A stretch of 64,000 nucleotides of DNA. Origin: Terriglobia bacterium (GTDB lineage: Bacteria > Acidobacteriota > Terriglobia > 20CM-2-55-15). Made by a program: the position numbers and the translations under genes. The notes beneath the pieces were generated by a model. It searched no databases. It was not told where the DNA came from and saw nothing but the letters and a program-made list of their open reading frames with translations. Where the stretch lies: positions 960,001 through 1,024,000 of the forward strand of contig CAXWPJ010000002.1 of assembly GCA_963664115.2 (NCBI GenBank), read 5' to 3'. The stretch's first letter is position 1; each line of letters begins with the position of its first letter. Positions 31,965-41,920 of this stretch are shown piece after piece.

Positions 31965-31993
31965 TAAAGACTGCAGCGGACACCTTCCGATAC
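31965..31993 (+). promoter_or_regulatory. Possible sigma28-type promoter of the flagellin
   Basis: TAAA-N17-TCCGATAC versus consensus TAAA-N15-GCCGATAA; the spacer is long. Confidence 0.4.
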
Positions 31994-32008
31994 CGAGAGT
32001 GCAACAAG

Positions 32009-32087
32009 AACACGGATGTTCGGACGGGGCTACAGAACCTGTTTGGATCAAGGAGGATCACACTTTAAACATTCTAAGGAGGATCCC
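32009..32087 (+). promoter_or_regulatory. CsrA/RsmA-type binding sites in the flagellin leader
   Basis: AACA-CGGA-TGTT hairpin (ACANGGANGU), further GGA motifs and two AAGGAGGATC copies, the second forming the RBS. Confidence 0.6.
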
Positions 32088-32916
32088 ATGAGCTTTTCAT
32101 GTAGTTACGAATCTTTCGTCAATTAACGCACAGGCCACTTTGGACAGCACCCAGATGGGTTTGCAGCGGACCCTGGCGCGACTGACGTCGGGGCTGCGTA
32201 TCAACAGTGCAGCTGACGCCGCCGCCGGCCTCGCCGTGGCCAACCGGCACAAGTTGGACAACACCGGTCTGACAATCGGTATCCGGAGTGCGAACGATGC
32301 CATCAGCAAGCTGCAGATCGAAGACGGCGCACTCAACAACATTTCTTCGTCGCTGGACCGGGCCCTGACTCTGGCCAGCCAGGCCGCATCGGACACCTTT
32401 ACCGGTTCCCGGTCCACGCTGGATTCCGAGTTCCAGTCGGTTCTTTCGGAAATCACCAGAAACGCTACAGCCGCGGGTATCGAGACCGGTAACGCGAACC
32501 TGAACGCACGGTCGGTTTTCGTGGGCAACACACAAACCAGCACTACGGCAACGGTCACCTACGTATCGTTCGCTCTGACCACTGCGGCCGACGCCACGGG
32601 TCTGGGAGTCAACGCGGAGAGCATTACCAGTCAGGCGAATGCTGCCACCGCCATCTCAACTATTCAGACCGCAATCGGCACTCTCGGTACGGTACAGGGT
32701 CGAGTGGGTGCGGCAATGAACCGATTGAGTTTCGCCATCTCTCAGGCGCAGACGATGTCGGTGAGTGTTCGGGCTTCGGAATCCCGAATCCGTGATGCCA
32801 ACATTGCGGAAGAAGCGGCATCGTTGACGAAGTTCAATATCCTGACCCAGAGCGGCTTAGCCGCGCTGTCTCAGGCAAACTCGTCGTCTCAGTCCGTCCT
32901 GCAATTGCTCCGTTAG
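32088..32916 (+). CDS. fliC: Flagellin (D0/D1 only, about 275 aa) with one extra base after codon 4
   Basis: RLTSGLRINSAAD, G..GAAMNRL, ESRIRDANIAEEA, ALSQAN...VLQLLR; removing one base near 32100 gives the N-terminus MSFSVVTNLSSINAQ. Confidence 0.88.
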
Positions 32917-33214
32917 AGTGTTGTGTCGAGTTGCAGGTGTTAGAACGGCGGACTTAAGACGAGCAACCGCGCCCGACACGCAGAATCGCACGGGCCCGAG
33001 CACACGAATCCCGCGTCGGCTTTTCATGAGAGGATTCACATCCGTCTTAAACAGCCGAGGCAAATGATCAAGATTGGACTGTATGCTACGTTTGCCCTAG
33101 TTGTGAGTGCGAACCGGCTTCATATTCTGTTGGCGCCTTTCGTGTAAAGGCCGGCAATTCTGTAAGGCCTGGGACGCATTTATGATCCGGGTCATATTTT
33201 CGGGAGAGTTTTGC

Positions 33215-34225
33215 ATGACGACGAATCAGATCGGGCGAATTGACGTACACAATCACGCTGTGACTCCCGCCTACCTCGGAGCGATCCAGTCAATAGGCGG
33301 GATCATACTCACACCGGAATGGTCCGTGGATCTGGCTCTTGAATATCTCGACAACTATTCGAAATCGTCCGCCATACTCTCGATTTCCATACCAGGGGTT
33401 CACCTGGGAGACGACCGGAAGGCGCGAGTCCTCGCGCGTCGAATCAACGAAGAATTCGCCTCTTACATCTCATCGCATCCTAAGCGATTCGGGGCGTTTG
33501 CGGCCATCCCCCTGCCCGACGTGGAAGGAGCATGCCTCGAGGCAGAATATGCACTCGATACCTTGAAGCTGGACGGGGTTGGATTTTTCGCCAGCTACGA
33601 TGGCCGGTACCCGGGCTCGCCCGAATTCGATCCGATCCTGGACCTGTTGCTGAACCAGCGTTCAGCGGTAGTCTTCATCCACCCGACCAATCACCCTTCC
33701 ACAAAAATGATTCGCGAGGGTATCAGTTCCGGTATCGGCAACTTTCTCGTGGAGTTCCTGTTCGATACCACCCGCGCGGCACTGAACCTCCTTTTCTTCG
33801 ACGTCCTGGAACGGTTCCCAAACATCCGTTTCATCTTGTCCCACGGAGGCGGTACATTGCCTTATGTCGCCTGGCGTGTGGCGCACATCGCAGCCAGGAT
33901 GATGACCGAGGCCCCGTGGGATACTCAGTACCCGTCACCTTTCATGACTCGGCACGGGCAGTCGCTGACGCCTGAAATCGTTCTTACTGAGCTACGTCGA
34001 TTCTGGTACGACACGGCCATGTCTGCCGGCCGTCAAAGTTTGGGGGCCCTTAAAGAAGTCGCTGCTCCGGAGCGGATTTTGTTTGGTAGCGATTGGCCCT
34101 ATTGCCCCGAAGTCGCGACTAAGGACATGTTGGAAGCTCGCTATGACAGTCAAATGTTTAGCGACAGCGAGCAAGCGGCGATAGATCGCGGCAACGCCTT
34201 GCGTTTGTTTCCGCGATTTGCCTGA
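33215..34225 (+). CDS. Amidohydrolase_2 family (ACMSD/aromatic-acid decarboxylase-like)
   Basis: IDVHNH, FIHP, FDTTRA, SHGGGTLP, LFGSDWP. Confidence 0.88.
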   Translation: MTTNQIGRIDVHNHAVTPAYLGAIQSIGGIILTPEWSVDLALEYLDNYSKSSAILSISIPGVHLGDDRKARVLARRINEEFASYISSHPKRFGAFAAIPLPDVEGACLEAEYALDTLKLDGVGFFASYDGRYPGSPEFDPILDLLLNQRSAVVFIHPTNHPSTKMIREGISSGIGNFLVEFLFDTTRAALNLLFFDVLERFPNIRFILSHGGGTLPYVAWRVAHIAARMMTEAPWDTQYPSPFMTRHGQSLTPEIVLTELRRFWYDTAMSAGRQSLGALKEVAAPERILFGSDWPYCPEVATKDMLEARYDSQMFSDSEQAAIDRGNALRLFPRFA

Positions 34226-34426
34226 GCAGTGTCATGGAACTTTCTGTCACCTCCACTAAAGGAGAGTCCAAGTCCCACTCGCCACCCACGGACAGTGATA
34301 TTCATGTGGTGCACGGAAACCCCGGTCGAGTGTCCCCGCTTTCATTTACCTGCTTTGAAGTCCCCTCCGGGTTCGATGCGGACCCGTTCGTGAATGCTGT
34401 CTCGGCTCAGGAAGTGCGTGCGTGGC

Positions 34427-35575
34427 CTACCGGGCCACGTACTTCGTGATGCCACCGCCGGCGACCGGACGCGATCCAGGACCTTCTGCGGCGTAGATGT
34501 TGCCGTCGGCGTCGACCGCCACGCCTTCGCCGGCCACGCCCTGCAACACGCGTGTGTCGTGGGCGTGTGGCGGCACGAACGCCGTCACGCGGTCCTCGCC
34601 CGCGGGACCGATCCGCACCCCGGTGCGCCATCCCGGATGGCGCTGGGCGTCGGATTCCGAATCGATCGCGTAGAGCGTGTCGTCGTCCGTGATGAACAGC
34701 CCGCTGACCCGGCTGAACTCCAGGTACGTGTCGAGCAGGTCGCCGTCCTGGCTGAAGATTTGAATCCGATGATTGCCGCGGTCGGCCACATACAGTCGAC
34801 CTTGCGAGTCGAACTCCAGCGCGTGCGGCGTGCGGAACTGGCCTGGCCTGAAACCGAGCTCGCCCCACGCCGTAATGAAGTTGCCCTCCCTGTCAAATTT
34901 CAGGATGCGCCCCGTGGAGCCCGGAGGCGGATCCGGACTCTGGCCGCTGTGTCCGTCGGCGACGAAGATGTCACCGTTCGGCGCGGTGATCACGTCGCAC
35001 GGCTCGTTAAGCTGACCCGGACCGCTGCCCGGTTGTCCCGCCGTCCCCAGGCGCAAGAGCACCTCGCCGTCCGGGCTGAACTTGATGACCTGATGCCCCT
35101 TCGTCCCGGCCTCGTTGCCTTGGGAGTCGGTAACCCAGACGTTGCCCTCCGCATCGACGTGGAGCCCATGCGGGAGCACGAACAGCCCTGCGCCAAAGCT
35201 CGTCAACATCTCGCCGGTGTCCTTGTTGACCTTGAAGATCGGATCCCGATCGGGATTCTCCTCGCAACCGCCTGCCAGCGCCAGCCCGCCGCAGCGGTCG
35301 TAGGTCCAGATATGCCCATCGGGACCGATGTCGATGCCGGCCGTCGATCCCCACTCCCGACCCTCCGGAAGCGGTGCCCAGTTCAGCATCACTTCACCCG
35401 TGGGGTTCGGTAGCTGCCGGTCGACGAAGTCACTCGAGGTCGCGGTCGACTCGGATCCTATCCCTATCTCCGGCTCAGACGGCGGATTAGGGGCGCACGC
35501 GGCCAGCATCATGGACGCCGTGGCCAGGAGCGCCACGCCGCATCGGGTGAGGAACAACCATCGCATGTCACTCAT
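34427..35575 (-). CDS. NHL-repeat lipoprotein, peptidyl-alpha-hydroxyglycine amidating lyase (PAL)-like
   Basis: Lipobox LAAC, LPHGLHVD, IFVADGH, TPHAL, VADRGNHRIQIF. Confidence 0.85.
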   Translation of the reverse strand: MSDMRWLFLTRCGVALLATASMMLAACAPNPPSEPEIGIGSESTATSSDFVDRQLPNPTGEVMLNWAPLPEGREWGSTAGIDIGPDGHIWTYDRCGGLALAGGCEENPDRDPIFKVNKDTGEMLTSFGAGLFVLPHGLHVDAEGNVWVTDSQGNEAGTKGHQVIKFSPDGEVLLRLGTAGQPGSGPGQLNEPCDVITAPNGDIFVADGHSGQSPDPPPGSTGRILKFDREGNFITAWGELGFRPGQFRTPHALEFDSQGRLYVADRGNHRIQIFSQDGDLLDTYLEFSRVSGLFITDDDTLYAIDSESDAQRHPGWRTGVRIGPAGEDRVTAFVPPHAHDTRVLQGVAGEGVAVDADGNIYAAEGPGSRPVAGGGITKYVAR

Positions 35576-35706
35576 TTTTCTTCTCCTTCAAGTCTCGAGT
35601 CCGGCCGGACCCGGTGCACGGCGGACCGATGGGCCCGCCAGCCTTCCCTAACATCAAATCCTGAGAATTCCCGTTCGTTTCTGATTTCAATCCGCCCCCG
35701 ATTGGA

Positions 35707-37779
35707 TCAGCGCAACGCCATCGCCGCCAGACCGTTTTCGAGCTGGACGATGACGTACTGTCTTCCTTCGTGGACCCAACTCGACATGCCGTACCGAGAA
35801 ACGTCCGGTATCTCCACAGCCCCGACACGCTCCCCGGTCTGCTTGTCGATCGCGAACAAGTGCGGTGTGCCATCGCTGGTCTGGCCTGAAGCAAGGAGTA
35901 GCGTAGGCGTTGTCAACATCGCGGCCTGACCGAGGCGGCCGGGGTTCGTCGGAACATCCTCGATCCCCTGGAGCAATGGGTGATTCCGAATCAGCTCCTG
36001 TTGCTCTCGAGGCGCATCCCCGTGAGGAATCACCCAGAGATGCTCACCTGTATTCATATCGATCGCCGTGATCCGCCCGACCGGCCCCCTCCAGATTGAG
36101 AGGCCATCCAGGGTCTCCGTTCTGGGCGGGGCTTCCACGTCGATCGCTCGCGAATAGTCGGAGTGGGTAGTCCCCGTCTGCGCGGGTCCGTCCAATGGGG
36201 AGTCCGACGCCGGTGCGAGATGGATCGTGGAGCATGCGCTTTGGGAGTTGATAAAGATCACGCCCGCCACCGGATCTGCGACAGGCGGTCCGGTAATGTT
36301 CGCGCCGCCGCCCCCGCCCGGACACGCCCGGGCCGGCACTACCAGTTCCAAGTCGCCGACATAGGTCGGCGGGTCGAACAGCGGGACGAACAGGTTGTTC
36401 TCGAGCGCCACTTCCATCGCCCTGCGTTTGATCTCGGGCGTATAGTCAATGAGCTGTTCCTCGGTTCTCCCCTGGATGTCGAACGGCGCCGGTTTGGTCG
36501 GGAACGGTTGTGTACGAGAGAGCTGCTCACCGGGCACCCGGGATTGAGGTACCGGCAGTTCCTCGATGGGCCAGATCGGCTCACCGGTCTCCCGGTTGAA
36601 AGCGTAGACGAATGACTGCTTGGTGACCTGGAAGACGCCGGGGATCACACCGCCGTCGACCGCCACGTCCATCAGTATCGGCGCCGTCGGGGTGTCGTAG
36701 TTCCAGATGTCGTGGTGGACCAGCTGGAAATGCCAGGCCCGGTTACCGGTCTCGACGTCGAGGGCGATCAGGCTCGTGCCAAATAAGTTATCTCCGGGAT
36801 GGAACCCGCCATAGTAATCGATGGTGGGGCCATTCGTCGGAACGTAGACCAATCCGAGCTCCGGATCGGCCGACAGCGGCGCCCAGGAAGAGACATCGCC
36901 CGTCCACTGCCAGGCATCGTTCTCCCACGTCTCGTGTCCCAACTCACCCGGTCGCGGAATGACGTGGAACTTCCACTTGAACTGGCCGGTCCGCGCATCG
37001 AAGGCGAGGATGTCGCCGGGAACGTTCTCGATGCGGGTCTGGTTATACCCCTGCTCCGCGGAGTTCCCCACGATGACGGTGCCGTTCACAACGATGGGCG
37101 GGGAAGACGCCGTGATGTAGCCCAGCTCTAGAGGGATACCGTAGTAAGGATCGTACTCTTCGCCGTGCTCCAGCCACCGGTCCCAATCCGCGATGAGGGG
37201 TGGCAGCAGATCCACGACGCCCGTCTCCGGGAAGCCCGCCAGCGGTATCCTCGTGCCCCAGTTCTCGAGGTGCAGGCCGGTCTCGGCATCGATGGCGTGG
37301 AGGAAAAACGCGGGTGTCGCAAGAAATACGACGCCGCGGCCGTCGACCTCACCGTACGCGATTCCCTTTCCGTAACCCTTTCGCATGGAGTACTCGTAGC
37401 GCGCGGTCATCGGCTCAGAATAACTCCAGAGAAGCTCTCCCGTCTCGGGATCAAGAGCCACGACATGCCGGCGCTCGCCGGTGACCGTGATCAACTTACC
37501 GTCGACGTAGGTGGGCGTTGACCGCGGGGTGCTTGAGCCGAAACTCGCCGCGGTCCACTCCCAGACGACCTCCAGGTTCTCGAAGTTGGTGGCATCGATT
37601 TCACTCGCCTGGGTGTAGCGGGTGTGCCAGGCGTCCCCGCCGATGTAGGACCACTGCCCGTTCTCGACTCCCGGTCCCTGGGACAAGACCGCCGCAGGCG
37701 CAATAACCAGCACGCCGAGTGCCGGGATGAGCCACTTGCAGGTCACCGACCGCTGCCACCGTTTGTCCTTAATTTTCAT
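35707..37779 (-). CDS. PQQ-binding beta-propeller, quinoprotein glucose/quinate dehydrogenase-like
   Basis: Signal peptide, DPELGLVYVP, NLFGTSLIALD, WHFQLVHHDIWNYD, QPFPTKP, GRQYVIV. Confidence 0.88.
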   Translation of the reverse strand: MKIKDKRWQRSVTCKWLIPALGVLVIAPAAVLSQGPGVENGQWSYIGGDAWHTRYTQASEIDATNFENLEVVWEWTAASFGSSTPRSTPTYVDGKLITVTGERRHVVALDPETGELLWSYSEPMTARYEYSMRKGYGKGIAYGEVDGRGVVFLATPAFFLHAIDAETGLHLENWGTRIPLAGFPETGVVDLLPPLIADWDRWLEHGEEYDPYYGIPLELGYITASSPPIVVNGTVIVGNSAEQGYNQTRIENVPGDILAFDARTGQFKWKFHVIPRPGELGHETWENDAWQWTGDVSSWAPLSADPELGLVYVPTNGPTIDYYGGFHPGDNLFGTSLIALDVETGNRAWHFQLVHHDIWNYDTPTAPILMDVAVDGGVIPGVFQVTKQSFVYAFNRETGEPIWPIEELPVPQSRVPGEQLSRTQPFPTKPAPFDIQGRTEEQLIDYTPEIKRRAMEVALENNLFVPLFDPPTYVGDLELVVPARACPGGGGGANITGPPVADPVAGVIFINSQSACSTIHLAPASDSPLDGPAQTGTTHSDYSRAIDVEAPPRTETLDGLSIWRGPVGRITAIDMNTGEHLWVIPHGDAPREQQELIRNHPLLQGIEDVPTNPGRLGQAAMLTTPTLLLASGQTSDGTPHLFAIDKQTGERVGAVEIPDVSRYGMSSWVHEGRQYVIVQLENGLAAMALR

Positions 37780-38216
37780 GTAAATCCCCCAAGGGTCGAC
37801 CCGCCTCTTTCTCGAGTTGGGCGGGGGTGACCCGGACTGGCCCGAAATGATTTCAGAATTCTCCCGCTATTCTACTCAAATAGGCTTCCGGGCCGAGAAC
37901 AGAAAAATGAGTATTTCCATGGAGCCAATGGAGCCAACGATCGCGCAGTGCGGAACCCCAGCAGGTGCGACCTATAGCGGAGTTCCATCTTAGGTCTATT
38001 GGTTGCACACGCGTTTCTACCCGATGCGGAAGCGGAATCTCAGGTCCCGCCCAATTCCCAACGACCGCGCGAGGGGGCCGCGGTTCATTCCGCCGCTCGG
38101 TCGAAGAAATGGCTGACATGACGGAGCCCCGGCTGTATCCTAATCTCGGAGCCAACGAGGCGCGGCGCCCAGCTTGTGTGTGTCGGGGAGAGACTACCGG
38201 AATAGGGAGAGGATCG

Positions 38217-38954
38217 ATGAGGTCTGCAAACGCAAATCCTTTGCGGCGTCGAGTGTTTGAGGCGGCCGCTGTCGGTGCCCTCATGTTCGTGGGGACCGGG
38301 CCGTTCGCAGCTAACGCTCAGGCTCCGAGTGCCTCTTCTGAGGTCCCCGATCTGTCCGGGATCTGGAAGCGGGCAGAACGGCGTGAGGTGCTGACTCCCT
38401 TGCGGTTGAACGCGAGGGCGGAGGCCTTGAGAGGCGTGTTGGATGAACGTGCCTATCCCAAGTACGACTGCGTGGCAGCGACGATGCCCCGTATCGTGAC
38501 CGACTCCTACAACTTTCAGATCCAACAGCAGGCTGACCGGGTGCTGTTGATGTTCGAGAAGGACGACGTTGTTCGAACGGTCTGGTTGGAAGGGTATGGC
38601 CATCCGGCGCCGAGTGTGGGCGAGTACTTTCTTCAGGGTTACTCGATTGGCCGGTACGAAGGCGCAGAGCTCGTCGTCGAGACGACCAAGTTTACCTACG
38701 ACCCGCATGGATTCAGCGACGGGTCCCCCACGATTGCGTCCTCGCAGCGGAAGACAGTGAGTGAGCGATACTGGCTCGACGAGGGTCGTCTTCGCGTCGA
38801 GGTCGTCACCGAAGATCCCCTCATGATCCTGGAGCCGAATCGATTCCGTTACGCTTGGGATCGGACAGACGAGGAATGGCTGGAGTTTGCGTGCGATATC
38901 GAGAACTCGCACACGGTGCTGCCCTTCCTGACCCCGCAATACGGCGTGCCATAG
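38217..38954 (+). CDS. Exported hypothetical protein with two Cys, paired with DUF6152
   Basis: Signal peptide, PDLSGIW, DC....PR, GYSIGRYEG.ELVVET, ERY, EDP, EFAC; start MRSAN after GGAGAGG. Confidence 0.75.
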   Translation: MRSANANPLRRRVFEAAAVGALMFVGTGPFAANAQAPSASSEVPDLSGIWKRAERREVLTPLRLNARAEALRGVLDERAYPKYDCVAATMPRIVTDSYNFQIQQQADRVLLMFEKDDVVRTVWLEGYGHPAPSVGEYFLQGYSIGRYEGAELVVETTKFTYDPHGFSDGSPTIASSQRKTVSERYWLDEGRLRVEVVTEDPLMILEPNRFRYAWDRTDEEWLEFACDIENSHTVLPFLTPQYGVP

Positions 38955-38985
38955 CCGAGGGTCCCTTTGGTGGAGCGTAAGGCGG

Positions 38986-39429
38986 ATGAGGGAGATGATG
39001 AAATCGAGTATAGCGACGTTCCTGGTAGGTGCTCTTGCGGCTGTCGGACTGCTGTTGCCGATCGATCGCGCCGATGCCCATCATTCTGCCGCGGTGTTCT
39101 TCGATCGGGATCAAATTGTGGAGATTCGTGGAGTCGTCACCCGGTGGTCGTTCTTGAACCCGCATCCGATCCTGATGGTCGAGGTGACGGACCCGGACTC
39201 TGAGAAGGTCGAATGGCTGATGCAGTTCACGAACGTGCTCAACATGAGGAGACTCGGGATCACGGACGCGACCTTCGCCACGGGCATGGAGGTGACTGTC
39301 GCTGGACCGAGAGCACTCGCGGAAGAAATATATGCGCTGAATCCCGAGCTGGTGGTGCTCCCTGATGGCACAGAAATTGTCGCAGCGCCAGGGCAGGGAG
39401 GCGAAAGGCGGGTGACGCGCCCGAACTGA
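38986..39429 (+). CDS. DUF6152-like exported protein
   Basis: Signal peptide ending ADA, then HHS..VFFD, G.VT.W.F.NPH, W; start may be ATG 38995 or 38998. Confidence 0.8.
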   Translation: MREMMKSSIATFLVGALAAVGLLLPIDRADAHHSAAVFFDRDQIVEIRGVVTRWSFLNPHPILMVEVTDPDSEKVEWLMQFTNVLNMRRLGITDATFATGMEVTVAGPRALAEEIYALNPELVVLPDGTEIVAAPGQGGERRVTRPN

Positions 39430-39452
39430 ATCGGGCGGGCGCCGCAACCCGG

Positions 39453-39495
39453 CTCTCAAGTCCTGACAATCCTTTTGCCGGGGGTTGAGAATTGG
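39453..39495. repeat. Bulged palindrome, copy 2
   Basis: CTCTCAA GTCC T GACAA tcctt TTGCC GGGG G TTGAGAATTGG. Confidence 0.65.
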
Positions 39496-39644
39496 CCTAC
39501 AGCCAGGCGTTGACCTACTGATTGCTTACAAACCCCTCCCTTAGTTAGTATTCTTTACCAACTTTTTCAGGGTTCAATCAGCAACACACTAAAGCGACGG
39601 AATCTGGCACCTAACCACGGATACTTAACAATACGGAGAAAACA

Positions 39645-40283
39645 ATGAGACTTTTTCTTGCACTATCGATTATCGCAACTCTCTCTTGCTCATTGACCCT
39701 CGAGGCTCAGGACACACGGATGAGTTTTTTCGTCACAAGCGAGGGATCGGGTAACGGGGCCGACCTCGGCGGACTGGCCGGCGCAGACGCCCACTGCCAG
39801 GCACTCGCCGCGGCTGCCGGCGCAGGCAACCGGACCTGGCGCGCTTATTTGAGCACCGAAGCCGAAGGAGGCCGCGGTGAGAGCGCCCGCCAGCGTATTG
39901 GCAATGGCCCCTGGTACAACGCGCACGGCGTGCTCATTGCAGCCGATGCTGACGACCTGCACTTGTACAACCGCACCATCACAAAGGCCACTGCGGTCGA
40001 CCAAAACGGCGATCAAATCAATGGCGTTGGCGACACCCCGAATCAGCACGACCTTCTGACGGGCTCGATGGGAGACGGCATGGCGTTCTTCCCGGACGCC
40101 GACGACCACACGTGCAACAACTGGACGAGTAGCGGCGACGGCAGCGCGATGCTCGGGCACACGGACCGCTTCGGCGGGGGCAATGCCTCGTGGAACGCAG
40201 CGCACCAATCGGCTGGTTGCAGTCAGGCTCAGCTGCAGGCCACCGGCGGCGGCGGCCTGTTTCTTTGCTTCGCCACGGACTGA
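39645..40283 (+). CDS. Secreted endostatin/C-type-lectin-fold protein
   Basis: FFVTS, LGGLAGADAHCQ, WRAYLS, GPWYN, HD.LTG, TCNNWTS, C...FLCFA. Confidence 0.82.
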   Translation: MRLFLALSIIATLSCSLTLEAQDTRMSFFVTSEGSGNGADLGGLAGADAHCQALAAAAGAGNRTWRAYLSTEAEGGRGESARQRIGNGPWYNAHGVLIAADADDLHLYNRTITKATAVDQNGDQINGVGDTPNQHDLLTGSMGDGMAFFPDADDHTCNNWTSSGDGSAMLGHTDRFGGGNASWNAAHQSAGCSQAQLQATGGGGLFLCFATD

Positions 40284-40422
40284 GTCGCGGCCGTCTTCAC
40301 GACGAAAAACTAATTTCAGGAAACACGGGAACTCGCAGTCCGTTACAGGCGGAACCGAATGCGAGTTCCCGCAAGTTGTTTTCAGGGAACCCAAGCGAAG
40401 TCCTCGATACTCAGTATTTCGG

Positions 40423-40459
40423 CAAGTCCTGACAAATCTTGTCGGACCTTGAGAATTGG
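40423..40459. repeat. Bulged palindrome, copy 3
   Basis: CAA GTCC T GACAA atc TTGTC GGAC C TTGAGAATTGG. Confidence 0.7.
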
Positions 40460-40600
40460 CAGGTAGCCCAGAATCATCTGAGTCCGTCGAGTCATTCCTT
40501 AAATCCAACGACTTTGAGCCGAGGCAGTGACCCGAGTTGCTGTCGAGGCAGGCAAGGTGCGTGACTCGCCTGCGTCGGGTGCGGCTCGGTTAGGTGCCTA

Positions 40601-41751
40601 GTGGTCCCCGTTAAACAGACTGTAACTTATCAAGATTTCGCCGGCCGCGCTGGACTTTAGCAAGGATGTCGGAAGCCGTTGCAGTCCAGATGAAGGGTTT
40701 CGGGTCTTCATTGTGACGAGCGAGGTAGTCCTCCACGGCCTGGATCAACTCGGGGACCGAGCGGAAAACGCCACGCCGGAGTCGTTGCTCGGACAGATCC
40801 CGGAAAAAGCGCTCGACCATGTTGAGCCACGACGCACTGGTTGGCGTGAAGTGCACATGAAAACGCTTGTTACGCTTGAGCCAGTTGACGACTTTCTGAT
40901 GTTTGTGAGTCGCATAGTTGTCGCAAATAATGTGGATCTCCTTATCTTTCGGCATGGCGCGTTTGATCTGATTCAGAAACCGGATCCATTCCTGATGGCG
41001 ATGCTTTGGCATGCAGGTTCCGATGACCGAACCGTCCAGGATGTTGAGCGCGGCGAAAAGCGTGGTTGTCCCGTTACGTTTGTAATCGTGGGTCATGGTG
41101 CCACACCGCCCCTTCTTCAGAGGTAACCCGGGTTGCGTGCGGTCCAGGGCCTGCATCTGGCTCTTCTCATCGCAGGACAAGACAATGGCGTTTTCCGGTG
41201 GGCTCAGATACAGACCGACCACATCCTCCAGCTTTTCGGCGAATCGTTTGTCGTTGGATAGTTTGAAGGTTCGTGACAGATGAGGCTTCAGTCCATGGAC
41301 CCGCCAGATTTTCCCGACCGTGGACTCGCTCACGCCAACGGCCTTCGCCATCGAGGCCCGACTCCAGTGCGTCGCGTTCGGGGGCTTCTCTTCCAGTGTC
41401 TTCTTGACGATCCGGGCTCGCTTCCGGCGACTGATCGTGGGAATCCGTCCGCTTCGCGGCGCATCCTTTTCGATCCCAGCCAAGCCCTGTTCCACAAAAC
41501 GATTGCGCCAGCGGCCCGCTTTCTGGCGCGTGATCTCCAAGCGGGCGGCGATCTCATAATTGTTCCGACCTTCAGCGGCCAGTAATACAATTCGGGATCG
41601 TTCCGCCAACCGGACCGATGTACTCCGGCTTCGACTCAGTCGCTCCAACTCCATCCGCTGCTTGTCATCCAATTCAATGGTCGGTGCTTTCCTCATTCTC
41701 TATTGGACGTTGGAAAGCTATTTTAGTTACATTACTTCGAGCGGGGTACAC
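40601..41751 (-). mobile_element. IS630-family element
   Basis: Ends GTGGTCCCCG / CGGGGTACAC; duplicated TA within CTAG at 40598-40601 and 41751-41754. Confidence 0.92.
40611..41696 (-). CDS. IS630-family transposase
   Basis: N-terminal HTH, DEKSQ, THDYKRNGT, DNYATHK, PTSASWLNMVERFF. Confidence 0.95.
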   Translation of the reverse strand: MRKAPTIELDDKQRMELERLSRSRSTSVRLAERSRIVLLAAEGRNNYEIAARLEITRQKAGRWRNRFVEQGLAGIEKDAPRSGRIPTISRRKRARIVKKTLEEKPPNATHWSRASMAKAVGVSESTVGKIWRVHGLKPHLSRTFKLSNDKRFAEKLEDVVGLYLSPPENAIVLSCDEKSQMQALDRTQPGLPLKKGRCGTMTHDYKRNGTTTLFAALNILDGSVIGTCMPKHRHQEWIRFLNQIKRAMPKDKEIHIICDNYATHKHQKVVNWLKRNKRFHVHFTPTSASWLNMVERFFRDLSEQRLRRGVFRSVPELIQAVEDYLARHNEDPKPFIWTATASDILAKVQRGRRNLDKLQSV

Positions 41752-41920
41752 TAGGTATAAGATACCCAGAGGCAGCATCACAACCTTTATAGAGCCACAA
41801 TTGCCAGTGTATTGATTAGATCGCAAGGCGCAGTAGAGTTAGACGTGTCCGATGCCGGTTTCTCAATGTTAGACGGCTCGCATAGCGAGCCACTGTGTCC
41901 TTGGGAAGGAGCACGAATCA

